IMG/VR virus record: IMGVR_UViG_3300036790_000219
Coordinates: 32,001 to 96,000 of that record
From: a virus
Length of the DNA stretch: 64,000 nucleotides
Strand: one strand, 5' to 3'
The notes under the pieces are model-generated. The model was not told the DNA's origin and made no database searches. It saw nothing but the letters and a program-made list of their open reading frames with translations. Shown here piece after piece: positions 53,221-62,614 of this stretch. Numbering within the stretch: the stretch's first letter is position 1; each line of letters starts with the position of its first letter. A program made the position numbers and the translations under genes.

Positions 53221-54627
53221 ATGAGAAAGATTCTAGCAGCGTTGATCTACGTTACGCTTGGAACACCACTCGCCCTGGCGCAGAGTACGATCAACCCTAA
53301 TATACCAACACAGAATTCGCCTCTGAATTCCGCACCGGTACGGGGTAACTTCGCCGCCGCCTACAACGACGTCAACGGCCTTCTGCAGATGCATGCCGCG
53401 ACGATTATAGGGAACTGTCCTAGTACACCAACTGTTGGTGAGGACTGTCTTGTCTCCGGTGTTCCCTATACATGGTATAAATGGTCACCAGCTGGGAACT
53501 GGTCAGCCATAGGGACCCTCAATGCAGGGACTGGAGTGTTTAGCCCCACGCTGCCTCTCGGCACAAATACTAGCCTTGGTGCCGTTCGGTGTGATGGTGT
53601 AACTATTAATTGTACGTCTGGTATTATCACTGCAGTCGGAGCGGCGGCGTCCAGCATCGGCGTTGGTACGACAACCATTGCGGCAGGAACGAGCAAGGGG
53701 TTATTGTTTAATAACGGCACGCTCGGCGATACCATGACGTCCCTGAGCGCCTCCTCAGGCATTTATCCAATTCTGAACATGGGATCGTCGGCCACTATTC
53801 CGACTAATCTTGGGTACGGTACACACGCTGATTTTCAGCTTGTCGGGGCGGACAGTGATCAGAACAGCCAGTTTCAGATCAATGGAGTGACGTCGTCTGG
53901 TGATTCTACCCCTGGTATTTTTCTGGCGAGCTACGGTAATACGACCGCTTCGCCATCATCGTTGGCGGCGGGCAATCTTCTAGGCAACGTAAGTTTCTTC
54001 GGGTACGTCGGCGGGACAGGGGGGTATGAGGGAACAGATTATGCCAACGGCGCGACTTTCGACTGCTATGCGACACAGAACTGGTCAACTACCCAAGCTG
54101 GAACAGCGTGTCAGATTTTGACCACGGCGAACGGAGGTCTGACCTACGCGGTCGCCGCGACGTTCGGACAAGATCAGAGCCTCACAGTCGCGGGAATAAT
54201 AAAGACGCCGACGATCTCTTCGCCGACGATCTCTCTTGGCACCGGTGGTGGCGCGACGGCCACGGTCCTGGCCAGTTCCACGGCGACGGGGTTCGAGAAC
54301 GCCTATGAAATCGCCAACTCCGGCGATCATACCAACTCGCAGACGCAGGCCGCGTATGAGGCCACCCTGACCGAGAGCGGATGCACGAACTGCTTTTTGG
54401 TGAACGCTGTGGGCGGCGGGACCAACCCGGCCGCCATCATCGAGACCGGGTCCGGGTTGTCCGGCGGTCTCACGATCACGACTAACGGAGGCGGGACGTT
54501 GTCCGTCGTCGCGCCGACGCTTTCAGGAGCCGTCAACGTCAACGGTGCCAGCGGCGGCGGCGCGGCCAGCAAATACGTCTGCACCGACTCCTCCGGTACC
54601 ATCGTCGTTCAGGCAGGAGCTTGTTGA
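53221..54627 (+). CDS. Fibre-like Gly/Thr/Ser-rich protein with signal peptide
   Basis: MRKILAALIYVTLGTPLALA-Q; NSAPVRGNFAAA; terminal Cys pair. Confidence 0.7.
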   Translation: MRKILAALIYVTLGTPLALAQSTINPNIPTQNSPLNSAPVRGNFAAAYNDVNGLLQMHAATIIGNCPSTPTVGEDCLVSGVPYTWYKWSPAGNWSAIGTLNAGTGVFSPTLPLGTNTSLGAVRCDGVTINCTSGIITAVGAAASSIGVGTTTIAAGTSKGLLFNNGTLGDTMTSLSASSGIYPILNMGSSATIPTNLGYGTHADFQLVGADSDQNSQFQINGVTSSGDSTPGIFLASYGNTTASPSSLAAGNLLGNVSFFGYVGGTGGYEGTDYANGATFDCYATQNWSTTQAGTACQILTTANGGLTYAVAATFGQDQSLTVAGIIKTPTISSPTISLGTGGGATATVLASSTATGFENAYEIANSGDHTNSQTQAAYEATLTESGCTNCFLVNAVGGGTNPAAIIETGSGLSGGLTITTNGGGTLSVVAPTLSGAVNVNGASGGGAASKYVCTDSSGTIVVQAGAC

Positions 54628-54669
54628 TACTGTATGTTAAAAGATCCCAAACGTAAAACGGAGTAGTTT

Positions 54670-55110
54670 ATGATGTTGAAATTGTTGGTGTGTGTTCTTA
54701 CCAGTGTCTTTCTTATTTCGCCTGCTTTTGCGGCAGAAACTCAGATCGACTTTACGGCTACCCTTACGGGGCCGAATGGTGTAGCACAACAAGACTGTGA
54801 TCACGTCAATGAGAATAATCCACAGGCTCCCTTCTGTGACAAGTTTGTTCCCTTAACGCTCGGCCGATTGGCGGCAGCGGCCTTGGACCAGATCGAACCC
54901 AACCTCAAACCCGAAGATATCGTTGTGCGGGGTTCGTTAGCGCGGCGAATTCGTGACAGTATGTCCCCGCTCTCTTCTACCCATGGTAAACTGGGTTTGG
55001 ATCCTAGAGATATTGACCTCATACGGGGTCAACTCGCCAAAATGCGGGAGAACCCTTCGATTATAGACGAGGCATATGACTTGTTGACGCCTTCTCCAGC
55101 GACCAAGTAG
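54670..55110 (+). CDS. Secreted-type hypothetical protein
   Basis: Signal peptide ending PAFA-A; chaperone-like position after the fibres. Confidence 0.6.
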   Translation: MMLKLLVCVLTSVFLISPAFAAETQIDFTATLTGPNGVAQQDCDHVNENNPQAPFCDKFVPLTLGRLAAAALDQIEPNLKPEDIVVRGSLARRIRDSMSPLSSTHGKLGLDPRDIDLIRGQLAKMRENPSIIDEAYDLLTPSPATK

Positions 55111-55148
55111 AATACCGTTCCCTGAAACGGCTGAATGAGGACAGTTTT

Positions 55149-55778
55149 ATGAGGGCTTTCTTTGCACTCGTTTTTCTTCTTGCACTTTCCATTACCCCTG
55201 CAGTCGCTAAGACCCATCACCATCATTATCACTACCATCATCGAGCAGTATATCGCTCATTTGGGTTCGGTGGCAGTAACGTCGCTGCAGCAAGAGCACA
55301 AGGCTTGCCTTGGTGTGGCGCTGAGATGGCGGACGAGTTTGGTTTTCGTGGTGCACAAGGCCGGGATCTTTGGCTAGCCCGTAATTGGGCTAATATTGGC
55401 AGTGCAACATCGGCGCATGTTGGTGCCGTAGTTGTGTGGCGGCACCATGTTGGCCGAATTGTTGGACGAGAAAACGGTCAATGGGTCGTGCATTCTGGTA
55501 ACGACGGAGGGGGTGTTCGCTCCCGTCCCCGTTCCCTAGCAGGAGTCATCGCAATCCGCGACGTCGGTGGGGCTTCATCCTTTGTAAGTGCGTCTGCGTA
55601 CACTCCGCAACGGGTTGCCCGGAGACGCCCCACCTTCACCTTTACTTTCGCTTCAACTTACGTAGGGTCTTTCTTTGACGTTGCAGCGCAACCAGCGTAT
55701 CCGGAGGCTGTGGTGGTGACCAAACGCCGCCACTTCCGACAGCGTTATGCCCGCTCTAATCAAAGGGGCACCACCTAA
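55149..55778 (+). CDS. Secreted CHAP/NlpC-P60-like protein
   Basis: Signal peptide; PWCG...LARNW...VVVWRHHVG...SGND. Confidence 0.68.
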   Translation: MRAFFALVFLLALSITPAVAKTHHHHYHYHHRAVYRSFGFGGSNVAAARAQGLPWCGAEMADEFGFRGAQGRDLWLARNWANIGSATSAHVGAVVVWRHHVGRIVGRENGQWVVHSGNDGGGVRSRPRSLAGVIAIRDVGGASSFVSASAYTPQRVARRRPTFTFTFASTYVGSFFDVAAQPAYPEAVVVTKRRHFRQRYARSNQRGTT

Positions 55779-55975
55779 TGCCACGGCGCTTTAGGGTTAC
55801 CGATCACACCGAAATTGAAACCTTTAACCCTGAAGCGCCGTTTAATACTCCGAACAAGAGTGCGGCCATGAGTTGGCCTGCTTGGATAAAGACTATTTCT
55901 GCCATCGTTCTCGCTTTTCTAGTCGTTCTCTTATTCTTGGCGCTGTTAGTACCAGTCTTTATAGGAACCCCATGA
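55778..55975 (+). CDS. Small membrane protein
   Basis: C-terminal TM helix; ATGA overlap with the lysin. Confidence 0.6.
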   Translation: MPRRFRVTDHTEIETFNPEAPFNTPNKSAAMSWPAWIKTISAIVLAFLVVLLFLALLVPVFIGTP

Positions 55976-56709
55976 TTCTGGACACCGCTGAGATTACTAC
56001 ACCACAGATTGAGCATCTGGTAGCAGACAAATCGGAAGCTGTTCTGCGCTACGTTTCCCCTATTAGTCCCAAGGGTGCAAAATGCATCCAACCAGGGGAG
56101 GCCCTAGCTCTTGCTAAGGCCAACATCCGTCTTGGTCTCGTCTGTGAAGGCTGGGGTGACTTCAAGAACCATGAGGATGACTTCCCCCAGATAAGTGCCC
56201 AAGCAGGTGCTCGTGATGGAAAGTTCTGTGCTAATTACGCAGCTACTGTTGGTGCCCCAGTGGGCGCTTGTATCTATATTGCAATTGATACTGACGCCAT
56301 AGCTACTCAAATCAGCCGGTTTGTGGTTCCACATTTCATTGCAGTAAAAAACGCCTTTACCGCAGCAGGTACTGGTTTCCTACTTGGGGCCTACGGTTCC
56401 GGTGCAGTGTGTTCGGTTCTAGCAAAGGCAGGATTGATTACCCACGCTTGGCTTTCACAGTCAATGGGGTGGAGCGGTTCCAAAGAATATCTAACCGCGA
56501 AGCCTCCGGAACTTGTTTTAGTCCAAGGGGCGTCAATTCGAATTGCAAACCTTAGGTGTGATCCTAATACTGCTTACGGTGACTTTGGCGACTTCCTGCC
56601 ATTTGATATTTCGCCCCCCACACCCACTGTGGTTGAAGCGCCGCGCCCTGTACATCCCGGTGAAGACCGGATTCTGGCGTGGCTCGAGGACCTCCGCAAG
56701 GTTCTTTAG
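55972..56709 (+). CDS. Endolysin, DUF1906/GH25-like glycoside hydrolase
   Basis: VLRY, GARDG, IYIAIDTD, GAYGSG.VC, AWLSQS.GWSGS. Confidence 0.75.
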   Translation: MILDTAEITTPQIEHLVADKSEAVLRYVSPISPKGAKCIQPGEALALAKANIRLGLVCEGWGDFKNHEDDFPQISAQAGARDGKFCANYAATVGAPVGACIYIAIDTDAIATQISRFVVPHFIAVKNAFTAAGTGFLLGAYGSGAVCSVLAKAGLITHAWLSQSMGWSGSKEYLTAKPPELVLVQGASIRIANLRCDPNTAYGDFGDFLPFDISPPTPTVVEAPRPVHPGEDRILAWLEDLRKVL

Positions 56710-56793
56710 GCCCCACCCCTACCCCTTCTATCGTAAAATCGCTCTAGAGCCTCTGCAACGGCTGCAGAAAGGCTTCTAAAAGGAGAGTTAGAT

Positions 56794-57351
56794 ATGGCTA
56801 AAGCCTATGCCTTCTGGATGTATGGCATGTGGGGGCCGGTTACGGACCCCGGTTCCCGTACAATGTCGGAACGGATCGCTGAGCTTCCGGGGGTAGATAT
56901 TGGAGCATCGCCTTACCGGGATTATGATGTCAACACGATAGTCGCGGCTATTCTAGCATTGCCGTTGAGCGTGCCAGTGATTGTTGGTGGTACTTCGTTG
57001 GGGTGTAACAACACCCCGGTGGTAGCCGCCTACGTTTATGCTCAGAACCCGAAGCGAATTATTCAGGGCATTTGGGGCTTTCAAGCGTCAGAGTACGGTG
57101 CCAAAGCTGGTGTGGAAAGCTATTACCCTGGTATCACACCAAATGTTCTCTTTGCCCATCTAGTTTCAAGTGACAATCCAATTCCATTCCCTGGTTTGGG
57201 TTCATACCGTTGGAAAAACGCACCGGGCAATAACGTTACAAGCCTCCACCTTGATACGGTTGATGACCCACATCCGGGTGATACCAACGTAACCGAGCAA
57301 GATAAATTCCTTGCCGAAATGCAGCGTGTCATTGCAAACGCCGAAGGCTAG
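56794..57351 (+). CDS. Alpha/beta-hydrolase-like protein
   Basis: Nucleophile elbow VGGTSLG; C-terminal DDPH. Confidence 0.55.
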   Translation: MAKAYAFWMYGMWGPVTDPGSRTMSERIAELPGVDIGASPYRDYDVNTIVAAILALPLSVPVIVGGTSLGCNNTPVVAAYVYAQNPKRIIQGIWGFQASEYGAKAGVESYYPGITPNVLFAHLVSSDNPIPFPGLGSYRWKNAPGNNVTSLHLDTVDDPHPGDTNVTEQDKFLAEMQRVIANAEG

Positions 57352-57356
57352 CCCAA

Positions 57357-57833
57357 GTGCCGATTACATTACAATTTATCCAAGGGGAGAACGTCTTTGA
57401 TAAGGCAATCATGGCGTACAGTCATGGGTGGGCAACTCATGTGGACGCCGTTATGCCTGATGAACGGCTTCTCGGTTCGCAATCACATGTGATTGGTGGA
57501 ATCCCGGAAGGAGTACAGATCCGGCCCCCGAAGTATGAACCCTTCGCCAAAATTATCCGAGTAACGCTTCCGGCATCACCACAGCAAGAGAAAGTCTTCT
57601 GGAACTTCCTCAATGCCCAGCTTGGGAAGCCCTATGATTATGCTGCCATCTTCGGGATGGCCTTTGGACGTGATTGGCATCGAGACGGCTCCTGGTTCTG
57701 TTCCGAACTTGCCGGTGTTGGTTTAGAAAATTGTGGGGTGTTCCCTAATGGCTTGGCGGAAACCACGAGCACGCTCACTCCTCCTGGCTTGCTACTCGCT
57801 TGTAGTGTGTTAACAAAAGTTGAAGGAGTATAA
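57357..57833 (+). CDS. Permuted papain-like (YiiX/YebB) amidase
   Basis: WATHVDAV...QLGKPYDY...WFCSEL. Confidence 0.8.
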   Translation: MPITLQFIQGENVFDKAIMAYSHGWATHVDAVMPDERLLGSQSHVIGGIPEGVQIRPPKYEPFAKIIRVTLPASPQQEKVFWNFLNAQLGKPYDYAAIFGMAFGRDWHRDGSWFCSELAGVGLENCGVFPNGLAETTSTLTPPGLLLACSVLTKVEGV

Positions 57834-57838
57834 GGGTT

Positions 57839-58150
57839 ATGGCTACCGATGCAGAAATCGCGGCTGGTTTGAGCGCACTTTCAGTTTATCTTGGCACCGC
57901 TCTTGGGTGGGAAGCGTCCTTTATACCGGAGTATGCGGAGCAGGATGCTGTTACGGATGTCATAACTGCGGCAGATGCGGCCGCTGACCAATCTGCCGGC
58001 GGACGGCAGCAAGCCGGAGTGATGGCACTTCGCACTGGCCTCAATAACGCGGGCTACGGCTCGGAAGTAACCGACCAAATGTGCGCCGACGCTGTCCAGA
58101 CAATTCTGGCAGCGATAGCCCAGGTTAGAAACCCAACAACTGGAGCGTAG
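57839..58150 (+). CDS. Hypothetical protein
   Basis: Ala-rich ORF in operon context. Confidence 0.55.
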   Translation: MATDAEIAAGLSALSVYLGTALGWEASFIPEYAEQDAVTDVITAADAAADQSAGGRQQAGVMALRTGLNNAGYGSEVTDQMCADAVQTILAAIAQVRNPTTGA

Positions 58151-58154
58151 AAAG

Positions 58155-58406
58155 ATGTCGTCTCAAGCACCACAGACGGCTGTCGTTACGGTTACGTCAG
58201 CGTGGACCTCAAAAATTAACTGGACGCAAGCTATTGCTGCGTTAGCAATGTTGTTGACCTGGTTGACTGGTGGGCAAATCGATTTGTCTGCTTCCGATCA
58301 AGCCGCGATCATTCTAGTGATCGGGTTGATTAGTCAAGTCGTGACGTGGGTTCTAAAGACCTTCTTCACGAGTACGGTGCACGCTTCTTCCCTTCCATCA
58401 AAGTAA
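58155..58406 (+). CDS. Holin-like two-TM protein
   Basis: SAWTSKINWTQ followed by two hydrophobic helices. Confidence 0.55.
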   Translation: MSSQAPQTAVVTVTSAWTSKINWTQAIAALAMLLTWLTGGQIDLSASDQAAIILVIGLISQVVTWVLKTFFTSTVHASSLPSK

Positions 58407-58419
58407 AGGAGATATTGAA

Positions 58420-58824
58420 ATGAATATGTCACGTCGAAAGCTTCTTACCGGCGTAGCGGTGGGCGCAGTTGCTGCTAGCGTTGCAGCATGCTCAACCACG
58501 CAGATTGCTTCCTTTGAATCCGCCTGGGCTTCCATCGTGGATGAAGTTCAATCAGCGGTAGCAGCGGCTGCGCAGTACATCCCTACTGTGGAGAGTATTG
58601 CTCAGACGGCGGCTTCGTTGTTTGGTCCCGCTTGGCAAGCTGCAGTTGCGGCAGGCACAGTGGTGGTCAATCAAATCATCACGACCCTCACCAGTGTGGT
58701 GAATAGCCTGACGCCTCCAGCGGTGACTTCGTTGCGTGCCAAGTTGCGGGCGAGCTCTGTTGCCGCCCCGGTCGTTATTGGTACGACAACGGGTGGTGTT
58801 GTGGTCCACGGCTACAAGGTCTGA
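58420..58824 (+). CDS. Lipoprotein (possible spanin component)
   Basis: SRRKLL Tat-like motif and lipobox VAAC. Confidence 0.6.
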   Translation: MNMSRRKLLTGVAVGAVAASVAACSTTQIASFESAWASIVDEVQSAVAAAAQYIPTVESIAQTAASLFGPAWQAAVAAGTVVVNQIITTLTSVVNSLTPPAVTSLRAKLRASSVAAPVVIGTTTGGVVVHGYKV

Positions 58825-58831
58825 GGACCAC

Positions 58832-59641
58832 ATGAGCGCCGCTGTCAAAACTATCTTCCATCCGGTAACAGGTCGGAAGTTTCGATTAGGGCGGCGGCGA
58901 CCGCTCTCACGTCCACCATTCAGATTGCGGGCGGCGATGCTGCCCGCATTTCCTCCTCCCCCTCCGAGTGTAAATTATACGGTGAAAGCTGCAACGTGTC
59001 TTAGCCAAGTCTACGCCAACGACGAGTTAGGGGACTGTACCGCAGCGGGGGCTTTTCACATTGGCGGAACTTTCCTCGCCAATGCTGAGGAGAACGTAGC
59101 TTTCACTAAATTGGATGTTATTGCTTTCTACTCAGCATCCTGTGGGTACGTCCCTGGTGATGAGAGTACAGACCAGGGTGGCGACGAGCAGACGGTTCTC
59201 AACTACTGGAAGAAGGCTGGGTTGGTTGGGGGCCTTCACAAAATTACAGCTTGGAGTGGGGTTGACGGCCTTAACGTGACTGAAGTCAAGGCCGCAATCT
59301 GGTTGTTTGAGGCTTGCTATTTTGGTATTGAACTTCCCGACGCTTGGATAAACCCAATGCCTTCTGCACCAGGGTTCATTTGGGACGTAGAAGGGAATGC
59401 CGACCCAGAAAATGGACATGCGTTTTGCGGCTTGGGATACACTGCCCAAGGAGTGATCATTGATACATGGGGAATGTTGGGGATCATCACTTGGGCGGCA
59501 ATAGCAAAATACGCCACGGCGGGTTTGGCGGGCGAACTCTACACCGTATTAGGGGCAGACGCAATAATCAAAGCCACAGCCAAGGCTCCGAATGGCTTCG
59601 ATGTTTCACAATTGACATCGGACTTTGGAAGTTTTGGGTAG
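58832..59641 (+). CDS. Papain-like cysteine peptidase
   Basis: YANDELGDCTAAG...GHAF..LGY...TWG. Confidence 0.72.
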   Translation: MSAAVKTIFHPVTGRKFRLGRRRPLSRPPFRLRAAMLPAFPPPPPSVNYTVKAATCLSQVYANDELGDCTAAGAFHIGGTFLANAEENVAFTKLDVIAFYSASCGYVPGDESTDQGGDEQTVLNYWKKAGLVGGLHKITAWSGVDGLNVTEVKAAIWLFEACYFGIELPDAWINPMPSAPGFIWDVEGNADPENGHAFCGLGYTAQGVIIDTWGMLGIITWAAIAKYATAGLAGELYTVLGADAIIKATAKAPNGFDVSQLTSDFGSFG

Positions 59642-59652
59642 GAGAACTTGAA

Positions 59653-59904
59653 ATGTCAAAAAGACTGCTCGCGTTTGCTTTCGGTTTGATCCTTGGTATA
59701 GGAGGGCTTTCCCTCAGTTTTGCTGCTGGAAGCTTTCCCAGTGTGGAGGATCTTCAAGAGCAACTCCCTTTGCTTCCGGGGTCACCGCTGCCCAAGCAGG
59801 TGATGAACTCCCGAACCGGGCAAATTTTCAACGTCTTCTACGTCCGGGGCCACTACCTTGGGAATGGGCTTTACGAAGCCGAGCTTCGGTTGGCAGTGAG
59901 GTAG
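59653..59904 (+). CDS. Small secreted-type protein
   Basis: ggag RBS; hydrophobic N-terminus. Confidence 0.5.
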   Translation: MSKRLLAFAFGLILGIGGLSLSFAAGSFPSVEDLQEQLPLLPGSPLPKQVMNSRTGQIFNVFYVRGHYLGNGLYEAELRLAVR

Positions 59905-59951
59905 TACCCCAACCCCACCCTGCTCCTTCAAAAGAAGAGGCAGAAACGGAT

Positions 59952-60353
59952 GTGGTTATGAATCAGTGGGAATTCGTTGTGGCGATAGGTGGGTTGGTGG
60001 TTAACTTACTTGCTGCAGTGATTGGGGGGACTTGGGTTCTAAGCAAAAATAATACGAAGCTGCTCGGCAAGTTCTACAAGCAACTAGATCTTGAACGCAG
60101 GGAAATCGATATCAAGATCGAAAATGTTGCACACTACTTTGGGGAAAGTGTAAGCGCTATCCGAACGAAGGTGACCGAAGTGGAACTTTGGAACCGCGAT
60201 AATTTAGCCAGTAAAACAACATTTCAACAGGTAATTGCCGATTTCCGTTCTACCCTCCAACGCTTTGAAGATAAGCTAGACAAGCGGCTTGGTCGTATTG
60301 AAAGCAAACTTGACGACAAGCCAAATAGAGTTTCCCCTGATGATGGGGAATAG
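59952..60353 (+). CDS. Membrane-anchored coiled-coil protein
   Basis: N-terminal TM helix then a coiled coil; last + strand gene. Confidence 0.6.
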   Translation: MVMNQWEFVVAIGGLVVNLLAAVIGGTWVLSKNNTKLLGKFYKQLDLERREIDIKIENVAHYFGESVSAIRTKVTEVELWNRDNLASKTTFQQVIADFRSTLQRFEDKLDKRLGRIESKLDDKPNRVSPDDGE

Positions 60354-60398
60354 AGGTTGCGGCTCCTAAACCGCGACACTGGCGTACTGAGCAAACTT

Positions 60399-60432
60399 GA
60401 CCCCTGGTGCCTCGCGGTGCCGGGGGTCTTTT
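60399..60432 (+). terminator. Probable intrinsic terminator
   Basis: gacccctggtgcc-tcgc-ggtgccgggggtc hairpin (with G-U pairs) followed by tttt, at the strand switch. Confidence 0.7.
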
Positions 60433-60437
60433 CATTT

Positions 60438-60980
60438 CTAACGTGCGTTCGTGACTTCCTTAGCGTTGCGAATCTCGACCAGAGAAGCTTCGGGCGCGGG
60501 AGGATCAAACTCCATCAGTGCACTTGCAGTCTGTTCGGCGCGACCATACCAGTTCTTTGTATCAAGCTCATCACTGATCTTGGTTGTGGGGCTATTAATA
60601 ACCTCCCGCAATAGTCCCGCTGCTTTTACGCAAAGCTTTTTGATCAGGATCATTTCTTCATGTTCTTCCTCACCCGCCGCCGATACGCCACCTTCATCAA
60701 AAGGCTTCTCAATTTTGTCTCGTAGTTGAATCAGTTTGTCCACAGGTAGAAACGTTGCCGCCCAATGGAGACACTTGCGCAAGTTGGAGTTCTCAAGATC
60801 ACAGAGATTGTAGTCCTCCTCTCTGACCGTGGGAGGAAGACGCAAAGCCCAATAGCCATCGGGGCGTTGTATCCACTCACCGTAGTTGATACTCTTGCCG
60901 CTGGCGTCTTCAACCTCAACAAAGCGCCCAGCCACTGGACCAGGCGGTCCGTCGAATACAATATCAATACGTTTGTGCAT
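60438..60980 (-). CDS. Hypothetical early protein
   Basis: Likely start MHKRIDIVFDGPPGP...FVEVED..G.SI..GEW. Confidence 0.6.
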   Translation of the reverse strand: MHKRIDIVFDGPPGPVAGRFVEVEDASGKSINYGEWIQRPDGYWALRLPPTVREEDYNLCDLENSNLRKCLHWAATFLPVDKLIQLRDKIEKPFDEGGVSAAGEEEHEEMILIKKLCVKAAGLLREVINSPTTKISDELDTKNWYGRAEQTASALMEFDPPAPEASLVEIRNAKEVTNAR

Positions 60981-61155
60981 AGTCCTGCCTCCGGGCGGTG
61001 TGGTTCGTGTTGATTCGCTCTGCGCCAGAACATGTGTTCGTCCCCGCGCATAAGCATAAGATGTGCAATGACATCGTCTGTGGGGCACATGGCTCCAGCC
61101 CAGGATCCTTGGTAGTACGCAATTGGGGGAATCTCTCCTTCAGGTCACCAAGGAT

Positions 61156-61299
61156 TTAGCTGTCATTTTTATTATCATCCTCTTCCTCGTAGGCCTCATA
61201 AGCGATGCAGTCACATTCGGTGCAGGCGGTAGAACCAGGATGCTTTGGGTCGCTGCCGTGTTCCTCAATCGAATGGCCACAGTGACAGGGCTTGTCCAT
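61156..61299 (-). CDS. Small Cys/His-rich protein
   Basis: CHCGH...EH...CTECDC. Confidence 0.55.
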   Translation of the reverse strand: MDKPCHCGHSIEEHGSDPKHPGSTACTECDCIAYEAYEEEDDNKNDS

Positions 61300-61303
61300 G
61301 GAC

Positions 61304-61768
61304 TTATTTCTCCAAGAGGGGTTTGAGTTTCTCGATGGTAGACTTTGCAGAGGTGTGGGTAACCCAGATTCCACCGGCCTGTACCCAAAGGTGTTGGTAT
61401 TTTGTCCAATCGTCAACCAGGACGTCACCGTGTTGGGCGTGTAGACACTTCTCTTTTGATAGGCAACACCGCACTTCGACATGCTTGCCTAAGTGCTTGG
61501 CAACCCACTTGCGTTTGTTATTAACGGCTTTATCGACCGAAACCGGAACGCCAGTCAAAACGATTGGTTTGTAGGGGCTGATAAAGTGCCAGAGTTCAAG
61601 CATATCTGCCATTGGGGGAATGTTCAAATGAAAGCCTGGGTACTCGTTCACCCGTGACCAATCCACATTATCTGCCTCTTTACTGGCACGCTCGCCAAAG
61701 ACAGTTTCGTGGTGACGGTCAAAATCTGCGAGCACGCCATCCATATCAACAAATAGTTGCACCTTCAA
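61304..61768 (-). CDS. HAD-family 5'(3')-deoxyribonucleotidase
   Basis: LFVDMDGVLADF, VLTG, NKRKW, LVDD. Confidence 0.85.
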   Translation of the reverse strand: MKVQLFVDMDGVLADFDRHHETVFGERASKEADNVDWSRVNEYPGFHLNIPPMADMLELWHFISPYKPIVLTGVPVSVDKAVNNKRKWVAKHLGKHVEVRCCLSKEKCLHAQHGDVLVDDWTKYQHLWVQAGGIWVTHTSAKSTIEKLKPLLEK

Positions 61769-61798
61769 TTCTCCCTTCCTCAGCTTTATTCTGGTCCA

Positions 61799-62134
61799 TT
61801 ATTCCCCACTCATAATTGCTACGTGAAGCGCCTTGTAGTCAATATCCGCTGGCCCTTCCATCTTGATGAAATGGGTTGGTGTGACTTTGACTTCGTACCA
61901 CTCGTCGTTGGTCATGCTCCACTTGCAGGCAAGCCAGCCGTCGTAGTTTACACCCGGTTCTCGCACCGCGCCGTGTTCGTTACTTGGCACATCACGTTCA
62001 TCTTGGAAGTACCCCATCCCAATACCGAAGGGATTGCAGTTCAAGTCGATGAGCTCCGGCGCACAGAGAAGCAAGTTGGTATCATACTTGTCCTCAGATA
62101 CGAGCTCCAAAATGGGACGCCAAGGAAGTTTCAT
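61799..62134 (-). CDS. Hypothetical early protein (DUF551-like ends)
   Basis: WRPI at the N-terminus and PTHFIKM at the C-terminus. Confidence 0.55.
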   Translation of the reverse strand: MKLPWRPILELVSEDKYDTNLLLCAPELIDLNCNPFGIGMGYFQDERDVPSNEHGAVREPGVNYDGWLACKWSMTNDEWYEVKVTPTHFIKMEGPADIDYKALHVAIMSGE

Positions 62135-62172
62135 TGTTAGTTCTCCACGGCAATAGTTTGCATTGGTCGCTC

Positions 62173-62460
62173 CTACTGTGACTGGCGCTTGTTGTGGTTC
62201 GCGCGCCTAGACGTTGGTAATTTCTGTTCGGCGTCCGACGCGATTAAGAGATTACTTCGCGAGCGACTTCCGAAATAGGTAACGCGCTTGAGCATCCCCA
62301 AGCCGCGCTCGACGATGTAGCGGACGGTCGGATTCTTGGGAGAAAACCGGCCATTGCCGCTATGAGATACCGCGCCGTCAACGCCAACAATCTTCTGGCG
62401 TTGAACTTCGCGCAGCAGCACCATAGCTCTCGCCTTTTTCTTTCCCTTGTCGGCGCTCAC
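62173..62460 (-). CDS. Basic hypothetical protein
   Basis: RBS ggag upstream; GC-rich coding pattern. Confidence 0.55.
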   Translation of the reverse strand: MSADKGKKKARAMVLLREVQRQKIVGVDGAVSHSGNGRFSPKNPTVRYIVERGLGMLKRVTYFGSRSRSNLLIASDAEQKLPTSRRANHNKRQSQ

Positions 62461-62614
62461 AAAAATCTCCTATTTAATTAAGTGTGGGGCTTGACTGGAA
62501 GGTGGCCCCACGGTCACCCAGGAGAAAGCAGAGGCTGCGTACTCGGGGGTAACATCACAGCCTCGGCTAGGTCGCCAGTCTCAACCATTCATACTCCTAA
62601 TGGCTACGCTGGTA

